Assembly (NCBI RefSeq): GCF_042660085.1
Contig: NZ_JBHSTI010000008.1
Span: 840,001-872,000 of the forward strand
Direction of reading: 5' to 3'
Length of the DNA: 32,000 nt
Origin: Longivirga aurantiaca
GTDB taxonomy: Bacteria; Actinomycetota; Actinomycetes; S36-B12; CAIYMF01
Shown here: in pieces, positions 16,227-23,844 of the stretch
Position numbering within the stretch: the first letter of the stretch is position 1
Layout: each line of letters opens with the position of its first letter
Made by a program: the position numbers and the translations under genes
Notes under the pieces: model-generated
The model's database searches: none
Told to the model about the DNA's origin: nothing
The model's input: only the letters and a program-made list of their open reading frames with translations

Positions 16227-16829
16227 GTGGCCGAGCTCCGTTCGTTCATCTTCCTCGACCGTCTGCAGCCGCAGACCATGAGCTACATGGGCTCGACGGT
16301 CAAGGGCGCCCTGCCGCGCGCCGACATGGCCTCGCTGATCATCGAGGTGGCGCCCGGTCTCGACATCGAGCCGCTGACCGACGTCGCGCTGAAGTACGCC
16401 GAGGTGCAGGCGGGCATCCTCGTGGTCGAGCGGCAGTACGGCTACCTCGAGGTGCACGGCCCCACCGGCCAGGTGAAGGCCGCGGGCGACGCCGTCCTGC
16501 AGGCCCTCGGCGCGGACCCCGACCAGGCGACGAGGCCGCAGGTGCTCGCCTCGCGGATCGTGACGATGCTCGACCGCCAGCACGCGTTCCTCATCAACCG
16601 CAACAAGGCGGGATCGATGGCGCTGCCGGGCGAGTCGCTGTTCGTGCTCGAGATGGCGCCGGCGTCGTACGCGATCCTCGCCACCAACGAGGCCGAGAAG
16701 GCCGCGGCGATCAAGGTCGTGGACTTCCGCATGATCGGTGCGACGGGCCGGGTGTACCTGTCGGGCAAGGAGAGCGACGTCCGCCAGGCGGCCGATGCCG
16801 CCGAGGCTGCCCTGCGGGCGGCACGATGA
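16227..16829 (+). CDS. Tandem-domain BMC shell protein (BMC-T), paralogue 1
   Basis: [76 protein letters not shown]...EKAAAIKVVDFRMIGATGRVYLSG; homologous to the protein at 17859-18509. Confidence 0.88.
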   Translation: MAELRSFIFLDRLQPQTMSYMGSTVKGALPRADMASLIIEVAPGLDIEPLTDVALKYAEVQAGILVVERQYGYLEVHGPTGQVKAAGDAVLQALGADPDQATRPQVLASRIVTMLDRQHAFLINRNKAGSMALPGESLFVLEMAPASYAILATNEAEKAAAIKVVDFRMIGATGRVYLSGKESDVRQAADAAEAALRAAR

Positions 16830-17266
16830 GCAGTCTCGACGGGACCGAGCGGGACCTCCTGCGCCAGATGGTGCGCCAGGTCCTGCTGGAGGTCGTGCCC
16901 CAGACGATGGCCGCGGCATCCGCGTCCGCGAGCGCGTCCGACGAGAGCGTCGTGCTGACCAACGACGCCGAGCTCGAGGCGTTCGTGCGCCGGGTCGCGG
17001 TGCTCTGCGAGGACCCGGCCGAGCGCGAGGCGCTGCGCAGCGGGAGCCGTCGCTTCCGTCTGGCCGGCCACCCGGCGCCGTCCACATCCGCTCCCGCCCC
17101 CGCAGCCGCGGTGGTCCGGGTCGACAAGGGGGCCGTCACCGAGCGGCACGTGCGCGAGGCGGCGGCTGCGGGCGCCGACCTCGTCCTGGGACGAGGCGCC
17201 GTCCTGACTCCGCTCGCGCGCGACCGCGCGCGGGCTGCGGGCGTCCGGATCACGAAGGAGAAGTGA
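16826..17266 (+). CDS. Small BMC-locus protein of unknown function with N-terminal amphipathic helix and C-terminal LTPLARD-type segment
   Basis: MSSLDGTERDLLRQMVRQVLLEVVPQTMAAA...VVRVDKGAVTERHVREAAAAGADLVLGRGAVLTPLARDRARAAGVRITKEK; ATGA overlap upstream and TGATG overlap downstream with shell genes. Confidence 0.8.
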   Translation: MSSLDGTERDLLRQMVRQVLLEVVPQTMAAASASASASDESVVLTNDAELEAFVRRVAVLCEDPAEREALRSGSRRFRLAGHPAPSTSAPAPAAAVVRVDKGAVTERHVREAAAAGADLVLGRGAVLTPLARDRARAAGVRITKEK

Positions 17267-17520
17267 TGCTGCGCGGACGGGTGATCGGGAACGTGTGGGC
17301 CAGCCGGAGGCTGGACGAGATCCCTTCAGGCGCGTTCCTGGAGGTGCAGATCGAGGGTGGCGCGACGCTCATCGCGTTCGACGTCCTCGGCAGCGGGATC
17401 GGGGAGTCCGTGCTCGTGTCCACGGGGTCGGTCGCGGCCTCATGGTTCCCGGGCGCCGCGCCCCCGATCGACGCGCTCATCATCGGCTCCATCGACGAGA
17501 CAGCAGGCGCGCAGCAGTAG
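17266..17520 (+). CDS. BMC vertex (pentamer) shell protein, EutN/CcmL/PduN family (BMC-P)
   Basis: MLRGRVIGNVWASRRLDEIPSGAFLEVQIEGG...IAFDVLGSGIGESVLVSTGSVAASWFPGAAPPIDALIIGSIDE. Confidence 0.93.
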   Translation: MLRGRVIGNVWASRRLDEIPSGAFLEVQIEGGATLIAFDVLGSGIGESVLVSTGSVAASWFPGAAPPIDALIIGSIDETAGAQQ

Positions 17521-17538
17521 CTGGCGCCCCATCAGCCC

Positions 17539-17558
17539 CCACGCCGTCCGCGGCGTGG
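17539..17558 (+). other. Stem-loop between BMC-P and BMC-H: 8-bp perfect stem with UCCG tetraloop
   Basis: CCACGCCG-TCCG-CGGCGTGG read directly; followed by GAGGAGG RBS and the BMC-H ATG at 17578. Confidence 0.7.
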
Positions 17559-17577
17559 TCAACGAGGAGGAACATCC

Positions 17578-17862
17578 ATGTCGAACAACGCGATCGGTCT
17601 CATCGAGACCAAGGGCTACGTCGCCGCGCTCGCCGCCGCGGACGCGATGGTGAAGGCCGCCAACGTCGTCATCGTCAGCCGCGACTCGGTCGGCAGCGGC
17701 CTCGTGGCCGTGACGATCGTCGGCGACGTCGGCGCCGTGAAGGCGGCCACCGAGGCCGGCGCCGAGACGGCGTCGTCGGTCGGCGAGCTCGTGTCGGTGC
17801 ACGTCATCCCGCGCCCGCACGTCGAGCTCAGCAAGCACTTCACGGTCAGCGGCGACGCGTGA
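17578..17862 (+). CDS. BMC hexamer shell protein (BMC-H, PduA/EutM-like)
   Basis: [79 protein letters not shown] is canonical BMC-H. Confidence 0.97.
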   Translation: MSNNAIGLIETKGYVAALAAADAMVKAANVVIVSRDSVGSGLVAVTIVGDVGAVKAATEAGAETASSVGELVSVHVIPRPHVELSKHFTVSGDA

Positions 17863-18509
17863 GCTCGGCCCCGATCGCGGGGCCGGAGCTGCGTGTCTAC
17901 CTGCTGATCGAGGACCTGCAGCAGCAGTTCGCGGCGTACCTCGGTACGCCGACGCGAGCACGCGGCTACCCGCCGTACGCCGGGCAGCACGCGCTCATCA
18001 TCGAGGTCGCACCAGGCCTCGCCATCGAGCGCGTGACGCACCAGGCGCTGACGTCGGTGCCCGACATCGAGCCGGGCATCCTGTTCGTCGAGCGTCAGTT
18101 CGGCGTGCTCGAGGTGCACGCGTCGTCGCTCGACGACGTGCTGCGCGCGGGCGAGGCGATCCTCGACGGCCTGGGCGCGGAGCCGGCCCACCAGCTGGCG
18201 CCGCGCGTGCTGTACCACGACGTCATCGAGGACGTCACCGACATGCACGCGGTCATCATCAACCGCAACCGGCAGGCCTCGATGCTGCTGCCGGGGCAGT
18301 CGCTGCTCGTGTACGAGATGACGCCGGCGCTGTTCGCGGCCGTCGCGGCCAACGAGGCCGAGAAGGTCGCGCCGGAGAACACCCTCGTCGACGTGCAGAT
18401 GATCGGCGCCGCCGGTCGCGTGTACATCGGCGGCACCACCGAGGGCGTCATGAAGGCGCGCGACGCGATCACCCGGGTCCTCGGGTCGATCGAGGGCCGC
18501 GGCCACTAA
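17859..18509 (+). CDS. Tandem-domain BMC shell protein (BMC-T), paralogue 2
   Basis: [80 protein letters not shown]...[19 protein letters not shown]; GTGA overlap with BMC-H. Confidence 0.87.
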   Translation: MSSAPIAGPELRVYLLIEDLQQQFAAYLGTPTRARGYPPYAGQHALIIEVAPGLAIERVTHQALTSVPDIEPGILFVERQFGVLEVHASSLDDVLRAGEAILDGLGAEPAHQLAPRVLYHDVIEDVTDMHAVIINRNRQASMLLPGQSLLVYEMTPALFAAVAANEAEKVAPENTLVDVQMIGAAGRVYIGGTTEGVMKARDAITRVLGSIEGRGH

Positions 18510-18560
18510 CCTCCAGCACCACGGGCGTTCCAGCCGCACGACGAGTCGATGGGAGAGCGA

Positions 18561-19541
18561 GTGAGCACGGAGCTCGACACCGAGCACCTCGAGGTCTTCG
18601 CGCGCGGCGCGGCGGCCGAGCACGGGATGCCCGACGCGGAGATCACGCTGCTCAACGTGTCGGAGAACGCGACCTACCGCGTCGACTCGGCCGACGGCCG
18701 TCGGCTGGTCCTCCGCGTGCACCGCACCGGCTACCACACGCGCGAGGCGATCGAGAGCGAGCTCGCCTGGATCAGGGCGCTGCGCGCCGACGGTGTGGTG
18801 CACACGGCCCCCGTGATCGCGACCCCGGACGGCCGCGACATCGTCGTCGTTCGCCACCCCGGCGGCGAGGAGCGCAACGTCGTCGCGTTCGAGTGGATGA
18901 ACGGCACCGAGCCGCCGGAGGACAGGCTCGTCGACGACTTCCGCGAGCTCGGGGCCATCGCCGCGAGGCTGCACCGGCATGCCCGGCAGTGGGTGCGCCC
19001 GCCCGGGTTCACCCGGTTCCGCTGGGACTTCGACACCTCTCTCGGGGCGAACGGGCACTGGGGGCGCTGGCAGGACGGCATGGGCATGGGCCCGGCCGAG
19101 CTCGACGTGCTCGGCCGTGCCGCCGACCTCGTGCAGCGGCGGCTCGCCGCCTTCGGCACGGGTCCGGACCGGTTCGGCCTCGTGCACGCGGACATGCGCC
19201 TCGCCAACCTGCTCGTCGACGGCAGCAGCGTGTGCGTGATCGACTTCGACGACTGCGGCCTGTCCTGGTACCTCTACGACCTGGGCTCGTCGCTGTCGTT
19301 CATCGAGCACCTGCCGGTGGTGCCCGAGCTGGTCGACTCGTGGATCACCGGCTACCGCACCGAGGGCACGCTGTCGCAGGAGGAGGTCGACGAGCTGCCG
19401 ACCTTCATCATGCTGCGCCGGCTCCTGCTGGTGGCCTGGATCGGCTCGCACTCCGCCGTCCCCGAGGCTCAGCGGATGGGCCCGGAGTTCACCACCGTCT
19501 CCTGCGACCTCGCCGAGAAGTACCTCGTCCAGCACGGCTGA
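18561..19541 (+). CDS. APH/choline-kinase-family phosphotransferase; by context a candidate amino-alcohol kinase
   Basis: [66 protein letters not shown] (HxDxxxxN and DFD motifs); GTG 18561 with GGGAGAG upstream. Confidence 0.88.
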   Translation: MSTELDTEHLEVFARGAAAEHGMPDAEITLLNVSENATYRVDSADGRRLVLRVHRTGYHTREAIESELAWIRALRADGVVHTAPVIATPDGRDIVVVRHPGGEERNVVAFEWMNGTEPPEDRLVDDFRELGAIAARLHRHARQWVRPPGFTRFRWDFDTSLGANGHWGRWQDGMGMGPAELDVLGRAADLVQRRLAAFGTGPDRFGLVHADMRLANLLVDGSSVCVIDFDDCGLSWYLYDLGSSLSFIEHLPVVPELVDSWITGYRTEGTLSQEEVDELPTFIMLRRLLLVAWIGSHSAVPEAQRMGPEFTTVSCDLAEKYLVQHG

Positions 19542-19557
19542 CCCGCCCGGAGGATCC

Positions 19558-20346
19558 ATGTTCAGCTCCATCGCCGGCCGCTCCGTCATCGTCACCGGTG
19601 GCACCAAGGGGATCGGCAAGGGCATCGCCCGCGTCTTCGCCCGCGCCGGCGCCAACGTCCTCATCACCGGCCGGAACGAGGCCGACGCAGCCGCCTGCGC
19701 GGAGGAGCTCACGGCGCTGGGCGGCGGCACGGTCACGTACGTGCTCGGCGACGTCGCGTCCGCCGCCTCGTGCGCGGAGATGGCGGCCACGGCGGTCGAG
19801 CGCAACGGCGGCATCGACGTGCTCTGCGCGAACGCCGGCATCTTCCCCGACTCCAAGCTCGCCACCATGACCGAGGCCGACATGGATCTCGTCTTCGGCA
19901 CCAACATCAAGGGCACGCTGCTGTCGGTGCAGGCGTGCATCCCCGCGCTCACGGCGTCGGGCCGCGGCCGGGTGATCCTCACCTCGTCGATCACGGGGCC
20001 GATCACCGGCTACCCGGGCTGGTCGCACTACGGAGCCAGCAAGGCCGCGCAGCTGGGCTTCATGCGCACGGCCGCGATCGAGCTCGCACCGCGCAAGATC
20101 ACCGTGAACGCCGTGCTTCCCGGCAACGTCGCGACCGAGGGGCTTGCCGAGCTCGGTGCCGACTACCGCGCCTCGATGGAGGCGACGATCCCCATGAAGG
20201 CGCTCGGCGAGGTCGACGACATCGGCAACGCCGCGCTGTTCTTCGCCACCGACGAGGCGGGCTACATCACCGGCCAGGCGCTCGCGGTCGACGGCGGCCA
20301 GGTGCTGCCCGAGTCGCTCGCGGCGCTGGAGGCCGCGGCCGACTAG
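19558..20346 (+). CDS. Short-chain dehydrogenase/reductase; by context a candidate 1-amino-2-propanol/aminoacetone oxidoreductase
   Basis: [33 protein letters not shown] (TGxxxGxG), [57 protein letters not shown] (YxxxK). Confidence 0.93.
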   Translation: MFSSIAGRSVIVTGGTKGIGKGIARVFARAGANVLITGRNEADAAACAEELTALGGGTVTYVLGDVASAASCAEMAATAVERNGGIDVLCANAGIFPDSKLATMTEADMDLVFGTNIKGTLLSVQACIPALTASGRGRVILTSSITGPITGYPGWSHYGASKAAQLGFMRTAAIELAPRKITVNAVLPGNVATEGLAELGADYRASMEATIPMKALGEVDDIGNAALFFATDEAGYITGQALAVDGGQVLPESLAALEAAAD

Positions 20347-20387
20347 AGGCCGTACCGTGGTCGAACCGACGCCGCCCAGGGGGTGAG

Positions 20388-21185
20388 ATGACCGAGACCG
20401 ACGCCCTGCTGGGGCCCACGGCCGACGAGGCGCGTCGCAACATCGTCCGGCTCATCACCTCCGGTGCCCTGCGGCCGGGCCAGCGGCTCGGCGCCGAGCG
20501 CGACCTCGCGGTGCAGCTCGGCGTCAGCAGGTCCACCCTGCGCGCGGCGCTCGCGTCGCTCGAGCAGGACGGGCTGGTGCGCCGGGTGCCGGGCCGCGGA
20601 GGCGGCACGTTCGTCGCGCGGGAGAAGATCGACCGCGACCTCTCGCGCATCGTGGGCGTACCGGCCCTGCTGCGCGACCAGGGCTACACCGCGGGGTCGC
20701 GGGTGGTCAGCGGCGCGGTCGTCCCGCCTGACGCGGACGCCGCGGCTGCGCTCGCACTGCCGCCGGACTCGTTCGTCGTCGACCTCGTCCGCATCCGCCT
20801 CGCGGACGGCAGCCCGATCTCGCTGGAGCACGCGCGGTTCCCCGCCGAGCGGTTCCCGGGGCTGCTCGAGCGTCCGCTGGGCGGCTCGCTGTACCAGCTG
20901 CTCGAGAAGGACTACGGCGTCGGCCCGCATCAGGCCGTCGAGAGGCTCGAGGTGGTGTCGGCCTCGGACGACGAGGCCCGGGTGCTCGGCGTCGCACCCG
21001 GTGCGCCGCTCATCTCGATCACCCGCACCACCGTGGACGCGGACGGGGAGCCGTTCGAGTACTCGCACGACCTCTTCCGGGCCGACCGCACCCGCATCAC
21101 CGTGCGGACGTCGGGCGCGCCGGCCGGGGCCGGGCAGGACGCCACCCGCGGCCGCCTCGTCGAGGTCCGCGAGAACATGGCCTGA
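20388..21185 (+). CDS. GntR-family transcriptional regulator, HutC/UTRA subfamily
   Basis: NIVRLITSGALRPGQRLGAERDLAVQLGVSRSTLRAALASLEQDGLVRRVPGRGGGTFVAREK then UTRA-like SRVVSGAVVPPDADAAAALALPPDSFVVDLVRIRLADGSPISLEHARFP...PFEYSHDLFRADRTRITVRT. Confidence 0.92.
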   Translation: MTETDALLGPTADEARRNIVRLITSGALRPGQRLGAERDLAVQLGVSRSTLRAALASLEQDGLVRRVPGRGGGTFVAREKIDRDLSRIVGVPALLRDQGYTAGSRVVSGAVVPPDADAAAALALPPDSFVVDLVRIRLADGSPISLEHARFPAERFPGLLERPLGGSLYQLLEKDYGVGPHQAVERLEVVSASDDEARVLGVAPGAPLISITRTTVDADGEPFEYSHDLFRADRTRITVRTSGAPAGAGQDATRGRLVEVRENMA

Positions 21186-21251
21186 CCCCGGCGGTCGGTG
21201 CGAGCATCGGGGCGCGGCGTACGGCGGGTCGCTCCCGCCGAGGCAGGAGCG

Positions 21252-21710
21252 CTACGGAGCGGCCGTGATGGCCGCGGCGACCGCCGGCGAGATGTCGACG
21301 AGCGCATCGGCCTCGGGCGCGTACTCGTCAGGAACGCTGACCTCGACGTTGAGCTCGCGGCCCACCGTGGTGAACAGGTAGCCGCGCTCGAGCGGCTCCG
21401 GCAGCCAGTCGACGCCGTCGACGGTGATGAGCTGCGAGGTCGGCCCGAGGGCCGCCGGGACGGGGACGCCGCAGCGCACCACGATCGCCGGGTCGCCCCA
21501 CGCGGCGGTGAACGAGCTGCGGGGGTCGACGGCCGTCACCGTCTGACCCACGACCTCGTCCGGGAGGTTGCTCTTGAAGTTGGCGCACGCGTAGGCGCCG
21601 GCCCCCTCGGGGAGGGGGTCGGGCAGCGGGACGGCGAGCCCTCGGGAGCAGCCGGTGAGCACCAGCACGGACGCGGCAGCGGCGATGCCGCCGACGAGCC
21701 TCCTGCCCAC
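21252..21710 (-). CDS. DUF3515-like putative lipoprotein (start uncertain)
   Basis: LVGGIAAAASVLVLTGCSRG lipobox, then AGAYACANFKSNLPDEVVGQ...WGDPAIVVRCGVPVPAAL...VDGVDWLPEPLERGYLFTTVGRE. Confidence 0.8.
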   Translation of the reverse strand: MGRRLVGGIAAAASVLVLTGCSRGLAVPLPDPLPEGAGAYACANFKSNLPDEVVGQTVTAVDPRSSFTAAWGDPAIVVRCGVPVPAALGPTSQLITVDGVDWLPEPLERGYLFTTVGRELNVEVSVPDEYAPEADALVDISPAVAAAITAAP

Positions 21711-21721
21711 GACTGCCGGGA

Positions 21722-21958
21722 TCAGAGGTGGACGACGGGGCAGGTGAGGGTGCGGGTGATGCCCTCGACCGCCTGGATGCGCGCCACGACGAGCTTGCCG
21801 AGCTCGTCGACGCTGCGCGCCTCGGCGCGCACGATGACGTCGTACGGGCCGGTGACGTCCTCGGCCTGCGTGACGCCCTTGATCTGGGCGATCTCGGCGG
21901 CCACGTGGGCCGCCTTGCCGACCTCGGTCTGGATGAGGATGTAGGCCTGTACCACCAT
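21722..21958 (-). CDS. Lrp/AsnC-type ligand-binding (RAM) domain protein
   Basis: MVVQAYILIQTEVGKAAHVAAEIAQIKGVTQAEDVTGPYDVIVRAEARSVDELGKLVVARIQAVEGITRTLTCPVVHL. Confidence 0.92.
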   Translation of the reverse strand: MVVQAYILIQTEVGKAAHVAAEIAQIKGVTQAEDVTGPYDVIVRAEARSVDELGKLVVARIQAVEGITRTLTCPVVHL

Positions 21959-22130
21959 GGTCGTCCTCCTCGGTCGGATGCTGGTGCGGACGGGGGACGT
22001 GCGACCTGGTGCCACCCCGTGGATCGTGCGGTCCCGCGCCTGTGCAGGGCCGCAGGGCGACACTAGCGCCAGGGTGAGCCGCTCGGAGAACGGGTACGGG
22101 ACCCTCCCGCCGGACGTGAAGGAGAACACA

Positions 22131-23102
22131 GTGCCGAATGTGCCCGCCGGTGGTGCCGGCGAGGTGTCCGGGCTGGGGGAGTTCGGCCTCATCGGAGCGG
22201 TCGTGGGCCGGTTCGCCGTGACGCCCGACGTCCTGCTCGGCCCCGGCGACGACGCCGCGGTGGTGGCGGCCCCGGACTCCCGGGTGGTGGCCACCATGGA
22301 CCTGCTCGTCGAGGGGCGGCACTTCCGCCGCGACTGGTCCTCCGCGCACGACGTAGGGCGCAAGGCAGCGGCCCAGAACCTCGCGGACCTGGTGGCCATG
22401 GGGGCGCGGCCCACGGCGCTGCTGGTGGGGCTCGGCTGCCCGCCGGACCTGCCCGTCGACTGGGCCACCGGGCTCGCGGACGGCCTCGCCGACGAGTGCG
22501 CGCTCGTCGGCGCCACCGTCGTCGGGGGCGACGTCGTACGCAGCGACCACGTCGTGGTCGCCGTGACGGCGCTCGGCGATCTCGAGGGACGGGCGCCCGT
22601 GACACGGTCCGGTGCTCGGCCGGGCGACGTGCTGGCCGTCGCCGGCCGCCTCGGATGGTCGGCAGCCGGTCTCGCCGTGCTCGGGCGCGGCTTCCGGTCG
22701 CCGCGCGTGCTCGTCGAGGCGCACAAGGTGCCGGCGCCGCCGTACGCCGCAGGCCCGGCCGCCGCGGTGGCGGGGGCGACGTCGATGGTCGACGTGTCCG
22801 ACGGGCTGCTGCAGGACGCGGGCCATGTGGCCACGGCGTCCGGGGTGGTCCTGGAGATCGACACCGCGACGCTCGAGGTGGGCCAGCCCCTGGCCGACGC
22901 GGCGGCGGCGTTCAGCGCCGACCCGCTCGAGTGGGTGCTGCGCGGGGGAGAGGACCACGCGCTGCTGGCGACCTTCCCACCGGGCGCCGCGCTGCCCGAC
23001 GGCTTCGTGGCGATCGGCCGCGTGAGCGCGGGCGAGGCGTCGGTGCTGGTCGACGGCGTACCTGCCACCGGTCTCGGCGGCCACGACCACTTCCGGTCCT
23101 GA
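22131..23102 (+). CDS. thiL: Thiamine-monophosphate kinase
   Basis: LGEFGLIGAVV...LLGPGDDAAVVAAPDSRVVATMDLLVEGRHFRRDWSSAHDVGRKAAAQNLADLVAMGA...SMVDVSDGLLQDAGHVA...GGEDHALLATF; GTG 22131 with AAGGAG. Confidence 0.95.
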   Translation: MPNVPAGGAGEVSGLGEFGLIGAVVGRFAVTPDVLLGPGDDAAVVAAPDSRVVATMDLLVEGRHFRRDWSSAHDVGRKAAAQNLADLVAMGARPTALLVGLGCPPDLPVDWATGLADGLADECALVGATVVGGDVVRSDHVVVAVTALGDLEGRAPVTRSGARPGDVLAVAGRLGWSAAGLAVLGRGFRSPRVLVEAHKVPAPPYAAGPAAAVAGATSMVDVSDGLLQDAGHVATASGVVLEIDTATLEVGQPLADAAAAFSADPLEWVLRGGEDHALLATFPPGAALPDGFVAIGRVSAGEASVLVDGVPATGLGGHDHFRS

Positions 23103-23113
23103 CGCTCGAGGAG

Positions 23114-23329
23114 TCAGGTGAGGCGGTAGGTGGCGCCGGGGACGGTGACGACGTCGCCGGCGGCGAGCTGGGCGCCGCGGCGCTGCTCGACCGCGCCGTT
23201 GACCTGCACGTCGCCCGCGGCGAGGAGGTCCTTGGCCTCGCCGCCGGTCTCGACGGCGTTGACGTACTTCAGGAGCTGGCCGAGGCGGATGCCTGCGGCG
23301 CCGACCTCGACGTCCTCGGTGTGGCTCAT
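23114..23329 (-). CDS. S4-domain RNA-binding protein
   Basis: IRLGQLLKYVNAVETGGEAKDLLAAGDVQVNGAVEQRRGAQLAAGDVVTV. Confidence 0.9.
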   Translation of the reverse strand: MSHTEDVEVGAAGIRLGQLLKYVNAVETGGEAKDLLAAGDVQVNGAVEQRRGAQLAAGDVVTVPGATYRLT

Positions 23330-23365
23330 GGCCGCATCCTCTCTCGGTCGTGGGGCTGGGACGTG

Positions 23366-23399
23366 CGAAGGGCCGCACCCGATCGGGTGCGGCCCTTCG
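23366..23399 (-). terminator. Hairpin terminator-like 34-bp perfect palindrome downstream of rpmB
   Basis: CGAAGGGCCGCACCCGATCGGGTGCGGCCCTTCG; located 16 bp beyond the rpmB stop codon; no U-tract. Confidence 0.65.
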
Positions 23400-23415
23400 A
23401 CAGGAGTGCGGAGCG

Positions 23416-23604
23416 TCAGACGCGGGCGACCTTGCCGGCCTTGATGCACGAGGTGCACACGTTGAGCTTCTTGGGGGTCTTGCCCACGAGGGCGCGCACG
23501 GTCTGGATGTTGGGGTTCCAGCGACGCTTGGTCCGGCGGTGCGAGTGCGAGATCGAGTGGCCGAAACCCGGGCCCTTGCCGCAGACGTCGCAGTTGGCAG
23601 CCAC
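23416..23604 (-). CDS. rpmB: 50S ribosomal protein L28
   Basis: [62 protein letters not shown], 62 aa. Confidence 0.97.
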   Translation of the reverse strand: MAANCDVCGKGPGFGHSISHSHRRTKRRWNPNIQTVRALVGKTPKKLNVCTSCIKAGKVARV

Positions 23605-23844
23605 GGTGGTAGTCCTCACAGTCGAAACGGGTGGATCCGCCCACCAGCGGCAGGCGTCACGCCCGGACGACCGGGCAACCCTGGAAGGGTACAGGGAGAG
23701 GTGCGGCAGGCCCAAACCGGGCGATCCGGGCCGCCACCCCGCGCCGGTGCGCACCAGCGGGTCGGCGTCGCCCCCGGACACTACGCTCGCGGGGAGCCGT
23801 GACGACCGTCACGCCGTCCACCGCCCCGAGGGAGCAGCGACACC

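Noticed and set aside
14481-17087. 868-aa minus-strand ORF opposite AldDH and BMC-T
   Set aside because: Antisense high-GC artefact (HRHDLRVGVDHDVDVVG... style low-complexity); the opposite strand has clear homologous genes.
5478-21185. Possibility that the locus is a prophage, transposon or defence island
   Set aside because: No integrase, transposase, phage structural or nuclease genes were seen; all genes fit a catabolic microcompartment.
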